From the NCBI GenBank assembly GCA_040754475.1, contig JBFMCN010000036.1, forward strand, positions 24,801-88,800: DNA of 64,000 nucleotides. The letters are read 5' to 3'. Below are positions 47,910 through 56,595 of the stretch, piece after piece. Source of the DNA: Actinomycetota bacterium (lineage in GTDB: Bacteria; Actinomycetota; UBA4738; HRBIN12). A program made the translations under genes and the position numbers. Under the pieces are notes generated by a model, which did no database searches, was not told the origin of the DNA, and saw only the letters and a program-made list of their open reading frames with translations. Every line of letters begins with the position of its first letter. The first letter of the stretch is position 1.

Positions 47910-49330
47910 GCCCGCGGCGGGCGAAGCTCGTCTGCACTCTGGGGCCGGCGAGCGGCACGCCCGAGGGTGTTCGGGCTCTGGCGGAGGCCGGCTGCGATGT
48001 CTTCCGCGTGAACCTCTCGCACGGTGCCGCGGAGTCGCACGCCGGGTTCGTCCAGGCGGTGCGCACGGCCGCGGAACAGATCGGCCGCGAACTCGCCGTG
48101 ATGGCCGATCTCCCCGGTCCGAAGATTCGTCTCGGTGAGCTCGCGACCCAGCCCTTGAGGATCAGGGCCGGCTCGCGGTTCGTCCTGCGCGCCGGGGGTG
48201 GGCGGCTTGGCGACGAGACCGGGGTGCGGACGAACTACCCGGGTCTTGCCCGAGACGTTCGTGTCGGTGACCGGGTGCTCCTCGCCGACGGTGCGGTGGA
48301 GCTCGTCGTGCGGGGTGTCGAAGGGGAAGACGTCGTGACCGAGTGTGTGCGAGCGGGCTCGGTATGCTCGCACGCAGGCCTGAACGTCCCAGCCGAGCGT
48401 CTCAACCTGCCGGCCGTCACCGACCGGGACCGCGCGGCTCTGGCGATCGCCGTCGATCTCGGGGTGGACCTCCTTGCGCAGTCGTTCGTGCGGAGCGGGG
48501 AGGACCTGATGGAGCTCCGCGTCCTGATGCGCGATCGCCCTATCCCGATCATCGCCAAGATCGAGACACGGCCTGCGATCGACGACATCGACAACCTGCT
48601 CGCCCAGGCCGACGGGATCATGGTCGCGCGCGGCGACCTCGGCGTCGAGCTGCCGATGGAGGAGATCCCCATCCTCCAGAAGGAGCTGCTGCGGCAGGCT
48701 CGGGCGGCCGGGAAGCCGGCCATCGTCGCCACTCAAATGCTGGAGTCGATGACCCACGCGCCGAGACCGACGCGCGCCGAGGCGAGCGATGTGGCGAACG
48801 CGGTGCTCGACGGCGCCGACGCGATCATGCTCTCGGCCGAGAGCGCGATCGGGGAGTTTCCGATCGAAGCGGCGCGCGCCGCCGTCCGGATCGCCGAGGT
48901 GGCGGAGGAGCGCGCCGGCGGGTTCCGGGTGATCTCGGCCCCGTGCAGTCACAGGGATGAGGCCGCCGCCGTCGCCCATGCAGTCGCGGAGGTTGTGGCC
49001 GGCGACACGGAGGTGGTCGCCATCGCCTGCTTCACCAGAACCGGCCGCACGGCGGCGCTGCTCTCCTCCGAGCGCCCTGGCGTGCCGATCTACGCGTTCG
49101 CACCCGACGCGGCCGTCCGCCGAAGGCTCGCACTCCGGTGGGGCGTCACGGGGCTCGCCGCCCGGATTCCGGGCAGCACGGACGAGATGATCGACCTCAT
49201 GGACTCGGGGCTGCGGGCGGCCGGAGTCGCCGCTGTCGGCGACACGGTCGTCATGTCGGGGTCTCTGCCGGCCGGGAAGACGCAGACGAACATGCTCAAG
49301 GTCCACCACGTCGGTGAGGCGGCCGGCTGA
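47906..49330 (+). CDS. pyk: pyruvate kinase
   Basis: KLVCTLGPAS, IIAKIETRPAIDDIDNL, MVARGDLGVE, ATQMLESM. Confidence 0.9.
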   Translation: MSPRRAKLVCTLGPASGTPEGVRALAEAGCDVFRVNLSHGAAESHAGFVQAVRTAAEQIGRELAVMADLPGPKIRLGELATQPLRIRAGSRFVLRAGGGRLGDETGVRTNYPGLARDVRVGDRVLLADGAVELVVRGVEGEDVVTECVRAGSVCSHAGLNVPAERLNLPAVTDRDRAALAIAVDLGVDLLAQSFVRSGEDLMELRVLMRDRPIPIIAKIETRPAIDDIDNLLAQADGIMVARGDLGVELPMEEIPILQKELLRQARAAGKPAIVATQMLESMTHAPRPTRAEASDVANAVLDGADAIMLSAESAIGEFPIEAARAAVRIAEVAEERAGGFRVISAPCSHRDEAAAVAHAVAEVVAGDTEVVAIACFTRTGRTAALLSSERPGVPIYAFAPDAAVRRRLALRWGVTGLAARIPGSTDEMIDLMDSGLRAAGVAAVGDTVVMSGSLPAGKTQTNMLKVHHVGEAAG

Positions 49331-49387
49331 GGAGCAGCCGCGCCTATGGAATCCGAGGGTTCAGCCGCGAAGGGTTCGGACGTGCCG

Positions 49388-50173
49388 CTACTTGGCCCGC
49401 GTTGCAGAGAACCGTGAGGTGACCTTCCGCACGCCCCATCGGTACAGCGGGGGCGTGAGGATGCGGAGCGCTTCCAGTGGCGCGACGGCACGAGGCACGG
49501 TTACTTGGGGCGCCTTACCCTTCTTCACCGTGTCAACGATGGCGGCCGCGACCTTCTCGGGCTTCATCAGGATCGCCTTCGGACGGTGCGTCTGGGGGAA
49601 GCGCTCGGTCACCGCGAACCCCGGGTTGACGCTCGTGACGAGGATCCCCTTCGGTCCAAGCTCGTAGTAGAGGGCTTCCGAGAATGCGATGACGCCCCTC
49701 TTCGTGGCCCCATACACGGACGCGCCCGGTGCGGCGAATCGTCCCGAGAGTGACGCCACGTTCACGATGTGGCCGCGCCCTTGTTCGAGCATCATCGGCA
49801 GGAACACCCTCGTGCAGAGCATCACGGCGAGCAGGTTCACGCGTACCACCTGCTCGATCGCCTCGAACGACAGGTCGATCAGGGGTCCACCGCCGGGGAT
49901 GCCGGCGTTGTTGACGAGAACGTCGCAGCGCCCGTAGGCCTCGTCGACGCGGTCTCGGAGCTCCTCGAGGTCGGCGAGCTTCGTCACGTCGCAGGGGACG
50001 ACGACGGCGCTTCCGCCTCGGGCAGCGATCTGCTCTGCGACGCCCTCGAGCCGCTCGGCGCGGCGGGCGGCGAGCGCGACATTCGCCCCTTCGCTCGCCA
50101 GGAGCTTCGCCGTGAGCTCCCCGAACCCCGAGGAGGCACCGGTGACGACGGCAACCGCTCCGCGAAGCTCCAT
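49388..50173 (-). CDS. SDR family oxidoreductase
   Basis: VTGASSGFG cofactor motif, NNAG, Y-x3-K. ATG 50173 chosen. The longer ORF N-terminus overlaps the neighbour. Confidence 0.85.
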   Translation of the reverse strand: MELRGAVAVVTGASSGFGELTAKLLASEGANVALAARRAERLEGVAEQIAARGGSAVVVPCDVTKLADLEELRDRVDEAYGRCDVLVNNAGIPGGGPLIDLSFEAIEQVVRVNLLAVMLCTRVFLPMMLEQGRGHIVNVASLSGRFAAPGASVYGATKRGVIAFSEALYYELGPKGILVTSVNPGFAVTERFPQTHRPKAILMKPEKVAAAIVDTVKKGKAPQVTVPRAVAPLEALRILTPPLYRWGVRKVTSRFSATRAK

Positions 50174-50243
50174 GTCAGACCTCCCCGTTAGTCGAGACCA
50201 CCTGGCCGTCCGCCGACGCTCGAACACGGTGCGCTCCCGTACG

Positions 50244-51086
50244 ATGGAAGCACCGATGGACGTTATCGAATCCCACGTCTCGCGGCTCCCGCATATGGAT
50301 GATCGCTGGAACCCGCAGCCGTTCGACAGACGGAATCTCGTGCGCGGACTGGTGGATGGGGGCATCGCGGGTCCGATGGTCGGTCATCCGATGGAGAACG
50401 TGCTCGGCAACATCCGGCGGCTCTTGGACGGGGATGAGGACAAGCTATTCGGGATGAGCGGGCTCGCCGGCGCGATGACGCCGGACGGAGTGCTCGGGCT
50501 CGTCGGCCGAGCGGCCGGCTTCGAACCGGACCCGGAGTGGACGAGCGGACCGGTCCCGGTCGATCCGAATCTGGTGCTCGATGGCTGCGAGGCCGTCGGC
50601 GACCGGCTGGCCCTCGCTTGCAGGCGCCGCGAGCGGATGATCCTGGCGACCGGTCACCCCGTGGGGCTCGCGCACCTGTATGTCGAGGTCGGGCGCCAGC
50701 TCCGGAGACGGGGAGCTGAGCTGCTGCAGCCCTACGAGGGTGTGCCCTGGAGTGAGGAAGGCGGGCACGAGCTGCGGGAGGTCCGGTTCCTGGAGGGAGT
50801 CGCCATGCTCGCCGATCAGGCCTCGATGAGGCACACGCACAGCGGAGCGCCGATGTTCCGGATGCTGCGCGTGGCTTCTCCCGATCTCGTCTTCGCCGAC
50901 CACGGGTTCGCGGGGGCGGCCATCGAGTCCGGCGTGGAGACGCTCTCCATCGCCGACGTGAACGACCCGGCCCTGCTCGTGGCAAAGGCCCAGGGTCGAA
51001 CCCAGGCCGTGATCGTGATGGACGACAACGTTCAGCCCGAGGACTACTGGCCGTGCTTCCAGGCCATCTGTGCTCGGCTCCCATGA
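50244..51086 (+). CDS. conserved hypothetical protein (280 aa)
   Basis: Good coding composition. Motifs ATGHPVG, HTHSG, ADHGFAG. No family assigned. Confidence 0.5.
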   Translation: MEAPMDVIESHVSRLPHMDDRWNPQPFDRRNLVRGLVDGGIAGPMVGHPMENVLGNIRRLLDGDEDKLFGMSGLAGAMTPDGVLGLVGRAAGFEPDPEWTSGPVPVDPNLVLDGCEAVGDRLALACRRRERMILATGHPVGLAHLYVEVGRQLRRRGAELLQPYEGVPWSEEGGHELREVRFLEGVAMLADQASMRHTHSGAPMFRMLRVASPDLVFADHGFAGAAIESGVETLSIADVNDPALLVAKAQGRTQAVIVMDDNVQPEDYWPCFQAICARLP

Positions 51087-51310
51087 TCTCGGAGGCCGTC
51101 CCGGTTGCCCCCGGGTAGAATCGGGTCACGTTGAAGATGAAACCCTTCTCCGAGGCACGGTTCGTTTGCGCGAAGAGGCTTACACGCCCTGTGCGAGGGT
51201 CCATGTCCGCCCACCTACCCACCGGACGGAAGGATCCGCCCGCGAGCTGACTTCCCGCACGCACGGAACGAGGCCTCCAAGGAGGGCTTGGAGCCCACCC
51301 GGAGGCGAAG

Positions 51311-52201
51311 GTGAACGAGCACGAGGCGCTCGTCGAGAGGGCCGTGCGCGACATGAGCACGGTGCTGTTGATCGGCGGGCTGGACACTGGCAAGACCACG
51401 CTGTCCCTGTCATTGCTGCGGGCGGCTGTGGAGGCCGGGCGACCGTCGGCGTTTCTGGACGCCGACGTCGGGCAGAAGACAGTTGGGCCACCGGCGACGC
51501 TCACGCTCAAGGTGGTACGGCAACCGGTGGATCTGGAGCCCCAGGCGATGGCCGAGGCCGACGCCCTCTACTTCGTCGGATCGACTTCGCCCCAGGGTCA
51601 TCTACTGCAAGTCGTGACCGGAGTTGCGAGCCTCGCGGTCAGGGCGAGGCAGTGGGGGGCCGAGTTCGTAGTTGCCGACTCGAGCGGACTCGTCTCTGGC
51701 GTGTACGGGCAGAGCCTCAAGTACCACAAGGTGGAGATGCTCCGGCCGGACCTGGTCGTTGGCCTCCAGCGTGGGGAGGAGCTGCAGCCGCTCCTCGGCG
51801 TGATCCAGCGTTTCTTCCGAACCGAGGTCGTGCCGCTCGGGGTTCACGCCGACGTCGTGCCCACCACCGTCGAGCGGCGGGCCGAGAGCCGCGAGGAGGC
51901 GATGGCCAGGTACTTCTCCAAGGAGCTCCACCGCTGGCGCGTGAAGCCGACGGTGTTCATGCCGGCCCTCCCGCCACTGTTCGATCTGTCTCAGCTCGAC
52001 CGGCTTCTCGTCGGCCTCTCCGACGGTGCGGGTGCGTACCTCGGGATCGGGTACCTGGAGTGCGCTTCCGAGGAGGGGGTCCTGCGCCTCATCTCTCCTG
52101 TGGCAGAAGGACCGAAGGCGCTTAGACTGGGCTCCGTTCGCCTGGAGGAGGGCTACCGCGCCAAGCGGGTCGACCTCCGGAACCTGTTCGGATCAGGCTG
52201 A
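51311..52201 (+). CDS. Clp1/Grc3/Nol9-family P-loop polynucleotide 5'-kinase homolog
   Basis: VLLIGGLDTGKTTLSLSLLRAAVEAGRPSAFLDADVGQKTVGPPATL aligns with the eukaryotic Clp1 Walker A plus clasp region (VLVVGPTDVGKSTV...ELDVGQGSV). GTG start with SD GGAGG. Confidence 0.7.
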   Translation: MNEHEALVERAVRDMSTVLLIGGLDTGKTTLSLSLLRAAVEAGRPSAFLDADVGQKTVGPPATLTLKVVRQPVDLEPQAMAEADALYFVGSTSPQGHLLQVVTGVASLAVRARQWGAEFVVADSSGLVSGVYGQSLKYHKVEMLRPDLVVGLQRGEELQPLLGVIQRFFRTEVVPLGVHADVVPTTVERRAESREEAMARYFSKELHRWRVKPTVFMPALPPLFDLSQLDRLLVGLSDGAGAYLGIGYLECASEEGVLRLISPVAEGPKALRLGSVRLEEGYRAKRVDLRNLFGSG

Positions 52202-52217
52202 TGGAGAAGGGAACCGC

Positions 52218-52319
52218 GTGCCTTCGCTGATCAAGAAGCGCCGCAAGAAGATGCGGAAGAAGAAGCACAGGAAGCTCTTGAAGAAGACCCGCTGGCAACG
52301 TCGTCAGCAGGGTCGCTAG
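52218..52319 (+). CDS. 30S ribosomal protein bS22 (33 aa, actinobacterial)
   Basis: [33 protein letters not shown] is near-identical in pattern to mycobacterial bS22 [33 protein letters not shown] (recalled from memory). SD GGAGAAGGGAA 5 nt upstream of the GTG. Confidence 0.8.
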   Translation: [33 protein letters not shown]

Positions 52320-52338
52320 GAGCGCGGGGCCCGGACCC

Positions 52339-53109
52339 ATGCCGAACACGGGGGCGCGCCGAATCCGCAGCCTCCGAACCGTCGCCCTGATGTTCGCCGT
52401 CGCCCTGATCGTCGGTGGCTGCAGCCGTGACGGGACGCAGGAGCTGAGTGTCGACCTGGCCGAGTCGAGGGCTGTGACGTTCAGCACCGCGGACGGCGTC
52501 CGGCTCGCGGGCCGGCTGTTCGGAGAGGGCGACGTTGGCGTCGTCCTCTCCCACATGCTCCCTGCGGATCAAACGTCCTGGTGGGCCTTCGCGAGGACCA
52601 TGGCGGACGAGGGATACGTGGTCCTTACGTTCGACTTCCGAGGTTACTGTCCGGGCGGCGACGCCGGCTGCTCAAGCGGCACGAGGGACATATCGGAGAT
52701 CTGGCTGGACGTGCTGGGGGCGGTCGAGTTCCTGCAGGGGCAGGGTGCTCGCCGGATCGTGCTCGTCGGCGCCAGTATGGGGGGTACGGCCTCGCTCGTG
52801 GCGGCCGCCCAGCCCGGGGTCGATGTGACCGCTGTGGTCACGCTGTCGGCGCCAACGTCGATCGAGGGGCTCACAGCCGACGCGAGCACACTGGCGGAGA
52901 TCACAGCTGCCAAGCTGTTCGTCGCCGGCAACGGCGATCCGATGGGCGCGGCCGAGGCGGCACGGCAACTCCTGGCGCAGTCACAGCCCCCGAGGCGCCT
53001 GGAGATCGTCGACTCGAGCGACCACGGAACCGACCTCCTTAACCACGGCCAGGCCGAGTACGTGCAGACGCTCCTCCTCGACCATCTCGATGAGTGGGCT
53101 CGGGTCTGA
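52339..53109 (+). CDS. alpha/beta hydrolase lipoprotein (dienelactone hydrolase-like)
   Basis: Lipobox LIVGGC after a basic n-region. Nucleophile elbow GASMGG. Confidence 0.7.
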   Translation: MPNTGARRIRSLRTVALMFAVALIVGGCSRDGTQELSVDLAESRAVTFSTADGVRLAGRLFGEGDVGVVLSHMLPADQTSWWAFARTMADEGYVVLTFDFRGYCPGGDAGCSSGTRDISEIWLDVLGAVEFLQGQGARRIVLVGASMGGTASLVAAAQPGVDVTAVVTLSAPTSIEGLTADASTLAEITAAKLFVAGNGDPMGAAEAARQLLAQSQPPRRLEIVDSSDHGTDLLNHGQAEYVQTLLLDHLDEWARV

Positions 53110-53936
53110 TGCGCCCCATCGTGTTCCTCAGCGACTACGGGCTCGGGGGCGAGCTCGTCGGCGTGTGTCACGGTGTGATGGCGAGGATCGCCGCCGGCGT
53201 GCAGGTGATCGACCTCACGCACTCCGTACCGAGGCAGGACGTCCTCCAGGGGGCGGTCACGCTGGCCAGGGCGGTCCGCTTCATGCCGGAAGACGCCGTG
53301 TACCTCGCCGTGGTCGACCCAGGAGTCGGCTCGGAGCGCCGGCCCGTGGCGGTCGAGGCCTCCTCTGGGGCGCTCCTAGCGGGGCCGGACAACGGCCTGC
53401 TCTCGATGGCGTGGGAAGCGCTGGGCGGTACGGCCAGGGCGGTGGAGATCGCATCGGAGGACGTCCTCCTCCAGCCGGTGTCCCGAACCTTCCACGGGCG
53501 GGACGTGTTCGCACCGGCCGCCGCGCACCTGGCGGCCGGGCTGGCGCTCGAGGCCCTCGGCCCCGCCGTCGATCCGGGTTCGCTCCGCCGCATGGACCTC
53601 CCCGGGCCCATGGTCACGCCCGGCGCGATCGGGGCGAGGGTTGTCGTGATCGACGGGTTCGGCAACGTGCAGCTCAACGTCGCCCCCGAGGACCTGGAGG
53701 CTGCGGGTCTTCGGGGACCGCTGTCCTTCGGGCGCTGGACGATTCTGCGGGCGGCGACCTTCGCCGACGTGCCGAGAGGAGCCCTGGCGGCGATCTTCGA
53801 CTCGCAGGGCTTCCTGGCGCTCGTCGTCAACCACGGTAGCGCGGCGAGGATGCTCGGCCTGGAGGCCGGCGCCACGGTGAGGCTGTCCCGCGCCTCCGAA
53901 GCGGACCAGTTGCCTACCGCACGACCTGCACAGTAA
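53109..53936 (+). CDS. SAM hydroxide adenosyltransferase family protein (DUF62, fluorinase/chlorinase-like SAM hydrolase)
   Basis: IVFLSDYG...AVVDPGVG...DNGLL...FHGRDVFAP are family hallmarks. ATGA overlap with the hydrolase gene. Confidence 0.8.
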   Translation: MRPIVFLSDYGLGGELVGVCHGVMARIAAGVQVIDLTHSVPRQDVLQGAVTLARAVRFMPEDAVYLAVVDPGVGSERRPVAVEASSGALLAGPDNGLLSMAWEALGGTARAVEIASEDVLLQPVSRTFHGRDVFAPAAAHLAAGLALEALGPAVDPGSLRRMDLPGPMVTPGAIGARVVVIDGFGNVQLNVAPEDLEAAGLRGPLSFGRWTILRAATFADVPRGALAAIFDSQGFLALVVNHGSAARMLGLEAGATVRLSRASEADQLPTARPAQ

Positions 53937-55713
53937 GGAAGGCCTTGCCCTTCACGACGAGGTCCTGCGCCCGGCTGGTCTGCGTGCCGAACCCCGTCGC
54001 GATGAGGTCGTTTGGATGCTCTCCGCCGCTCAGGTGCGCGAGCAGCTCGTCGAAGGACCGGGGCGGGGAAACGAACCGTTCCTTGCCGCCGCGCAGCATG
54101 ATGGTTTCGAACCCACCGGCCCACGAGGGCACCTTCATCTGCATCTTCGTGATGACGTTCGGCCCGCCGTCGAGCGGTGTGAGCGTCGTTTCGATCGTGA
54201 TCTTGTCGCCCGGCCGTACCTTCAGAAGGCTCCGCTGTGCGAGCTTCGGCTGGAGCGAGCTGGCCGTCCGGACCCTCGTGATCGTCCCCCGAAGCTGCTG
54301 CTGGGTGATCTCTCCGGCGGCATGGATGCCGGTGAACGTGACCTTCTCGAACTTGTTGTATGCGAGCTGGTATACGGCGTCGACGAGCTTGTAGGCCGCA
54401 TACATGGCGTCGTAGTCGGAGTAGACCATGGTCCGGTTCTCGATCGTGAAGGGCATGCCCTCCGCGGTCAGGCCCTCGATCGTGTAGGCGATGCTCAGCG
54501 TGCCGTCCCCGATACGCTGGGCTACTGCGCCCAGGTTCCCGATCATGTGGCTCCACACGATCTCCGGGAACCAGAAGCCGGCCTGGTAGATCGCTTCGGT
54601 CTTGCCGTCCCGAGACAATCCCGTGTCAGGGCTGGAGAAGGAGGAGGTGATGGGTGTCACCTCGGGCGAGGTGCCGACCGTTCCGACCGATCCGGCGAAC
54701 CGGTCCTGGGTAAAGGTCCCCCTGGGCTCGGTCAGGACGGGCACCATGTCCCCCGGCCATATGCCGCCCCCGCTTCCGACCGCGAGGACCTCCGCGCCGG
54801 TCATCCCGATCGTGACGTCGCCAGGGGGGGAGCCGAAGAGCGTGTGCCCGTACGCGATGAGCTTGCTGCCGCACGTCAACGTGACCGTTCCTGCAGTCCA
54901 GATCGTGGCGTCTCCCCAAGAGAGCACCGATCCGATCGGCTGTCCGGGTGCGAACGGCACCGAGCTCACCGGCAGCCCCGCGCTCATCCCGGCGGCGGGA
55001 GCAACGTGCATCCCCGCGTGGTTACGGTCCAGGACGTCTTGGAACCGCCGGAGCTGGCCCGTCGACAGGCCGGAGACTCCCAGGTAGGTCGGGATCCGCT
55101 GAAGACCGCTCGGCGCCTGGCTTGCCGGCACTCCCAGCGCGCGGGCAACGGTCCTCCTTGTGGCGGGATCAAAGGCGATCCGCTCGGGGAGCCGAACGGC
55201 CCCGGCTTTCGAGAGGTTGAACATGTCGACCATCGCCTGGGCTGGTGTGAGGCCGAATATCGTCGGGTCGCCCGAGACCGCGTAGGACACGGCGCCCACC
55301 AGCTTCCCATCGATGTAGACGGGCGAGCCCGACATCCCGTAGAAAGCTCCCCCTACCTCATCGAGGAACGATTGCGGTCCGGTCATCCGGGCCACGACGA
55401 CGTCTATTCCAAGCCAGATGTAGTCGGGCATGACACCGAGGATCTCTACGTCGAACCTGGTCGGTGTCGTGCCCTCGATGGTGGTGAGCCCGGTGCCGGT
55501 CATGCCGGCCCGAATCTGGGCCTCGGGGAAGACTGCAGGCTGGCTCGAGCAGCTGCTCGCGGCCGGTGCCGGAGCGGCGGCCAGGGTCGTTGCGAGGAGC
55601 GCGAAGACCACGACGGCCGTGCCGAGTATGCCGCGTCGTCGGTCGAGGGAACCAGAGTTGCGCACGAACACCACCCCCTTCTCAAGTGCGATCCTACGCC
55701 TCGGACGGACCAA
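53914..55713 (-). CDS. secreted serine peptidase, S55 (SpoIVB-like)/trypsin-fold
   Basis: Signal peptide (RRRGILGTAVVVFALLATTLAAAPAPAAS). Catalytic-serine context FYGMSGSPVYIDGKLVGAVSYA. Family assignment from memory. Confidence 0.55.
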   Translation of the reverse strand: MVRPRRRIALEKGVVFVRNSGSLDRRRGILGTAVVVFALLATTLAAAPAPAASSCSSQPAVFPEAQIRAGMTGTGLTTIEGTTPTRFDVEILGVMPDYIWLGIDVVVARMTGPQSFLDEVGGAFYGMSGSPVYIDGKLVGAVSYAVSGDPTIFGLTPAQAMVDMFNLSKAGAVRLPERIAFDPATRRTVARALGVPASQAPSGLQRIPTYLGVSGLSTGQLRRFQDVLDRNHAGMHVAPAAGMSAGLPVSSVPFAPGQPIGSVLSWGDATIWTAGTVTLTCGSKLIAYGHTLFGSPPGDVTIGMTGAEVLAVGSGGGIWPGDMVPVLTEPRGTFTQDRFAGSVGTVGTSPEVTPITSSFSSPDTGLSRDGKTEAIYQAGFWFPEIVWSHMIGNLGAVAQRIGDGTLSIAYTIEGLTAEGMPFTIENRTMVYSDYDAMYAAYKLVDAVYQLAYNKFEKVTFTGIHAAGEITQQQLRGTITRVRTASSLQPKLAQRSLLKVRPGDKITIETTLTPLDGGPNVITKMQMKVPSWAGGFETIMLRGGKERFVSPPRSFDELLAHLSGGEHPNDLIATGFGTQTSRAQDLVVKGKAFLTVQVVR

Positions 55714-55744
55714 TCAATGGATCGGTTCCGAGGAGCTCGACCGG

Positions 55745-56556
55745 TCATACCGGAAGCGACAGGCGTGTCCCGCAGAGCTCGCGGTGGCCGACCAGCAGCT
55801 CGTGCAGCGCCGTTCCCGTGTCGAGGTAGGGGCGCAGATCGAGCTCGAGTGAGATTGTTCCCGGGAACCTCTCCGCCGCAAGGTGGTCCAAGAACCCATC
55901 GATGTCGAGGACGCCGCGATCCACCGGCAGGTGCGAGTCCCAGCCGCGGCCGGCGTTGTTCGACAGGTGGATGTGCTCGAGCCTGTCCGCGAGCCTTCGA
56001 TACGCGTCGAGCAGGTCATGTCCGGCCACCGCGGCGTGGCTCGTGTCAAGTACGACGTGCGGGAATCGCGCCAGATGGTCGAGCGTCTGCCGCGCGTGGA
56101 ACGTGACCTTCCGTCTTCCCGAGATGGTGATAGGGAACACGTTCTCGACGGCGACCTTCACCTCGGTGCGCTCGGGAAGCCGGGGAAGCTGCTCGTCGAG
56201 CCACCGGCCGTAGCCTGCCTGCCACCGACAAGGGGGGTGGACCACCACGAGCGGAGCGCCGACGTTCTCGGCGAGGTCGATCGATCGGAAGATCTTCGCA
56301 ACGGGTTCGGTGCCCCAGACCCTCCTCGTCATCAGCAAGAAGGGCGCGTGGATTGCCCGGATCGCCAGTCCGTGTCCGCCCGAGAGCTCCCGGAGACGGT
56401 GCGGGTCTTGGGTGATCGGGTCGGGGGTCACCATCACCTCCACGCCGTGAACCCCGCCGCCGAGATCCGGTCGAACGCGTTGCGCAGCGGGCGCCCGAAG
56501 AAGCCGCCGGTGGAGAAGGCGAGATGTGGCCCGGGGAAGGGGGTGTCTGAGCTCAC
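55745..56556 (-). pseudogene. sugar phosphate isomerase/epimerase (xylose isomerase-like TIM barrel) split by a frameshift near 56440
   Basis: ORF 56434..56700 encodes ...HLAFSTGGFFGRPLRNAFDRISAAGF and stops. The motif continues as HGVEVMVTPDP... in another frame, which is ORF 55745..56443. The join lies in a G-run (gcggcgggg). Confidence 0.6.
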
Positions 56557-56595
56557 GCCCGGGGAGTCCGGCCGCGGCGCCGATCTCGGCCGCCT

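Noticed and set aside
51105-51121. TTGCCC...TAGAAT promoter-like elements upstream of the Clp1-like gene
   Set aside because: -35/-10 spacing is only 5 nt. At most an extended -10. Not reportable as a promoter.
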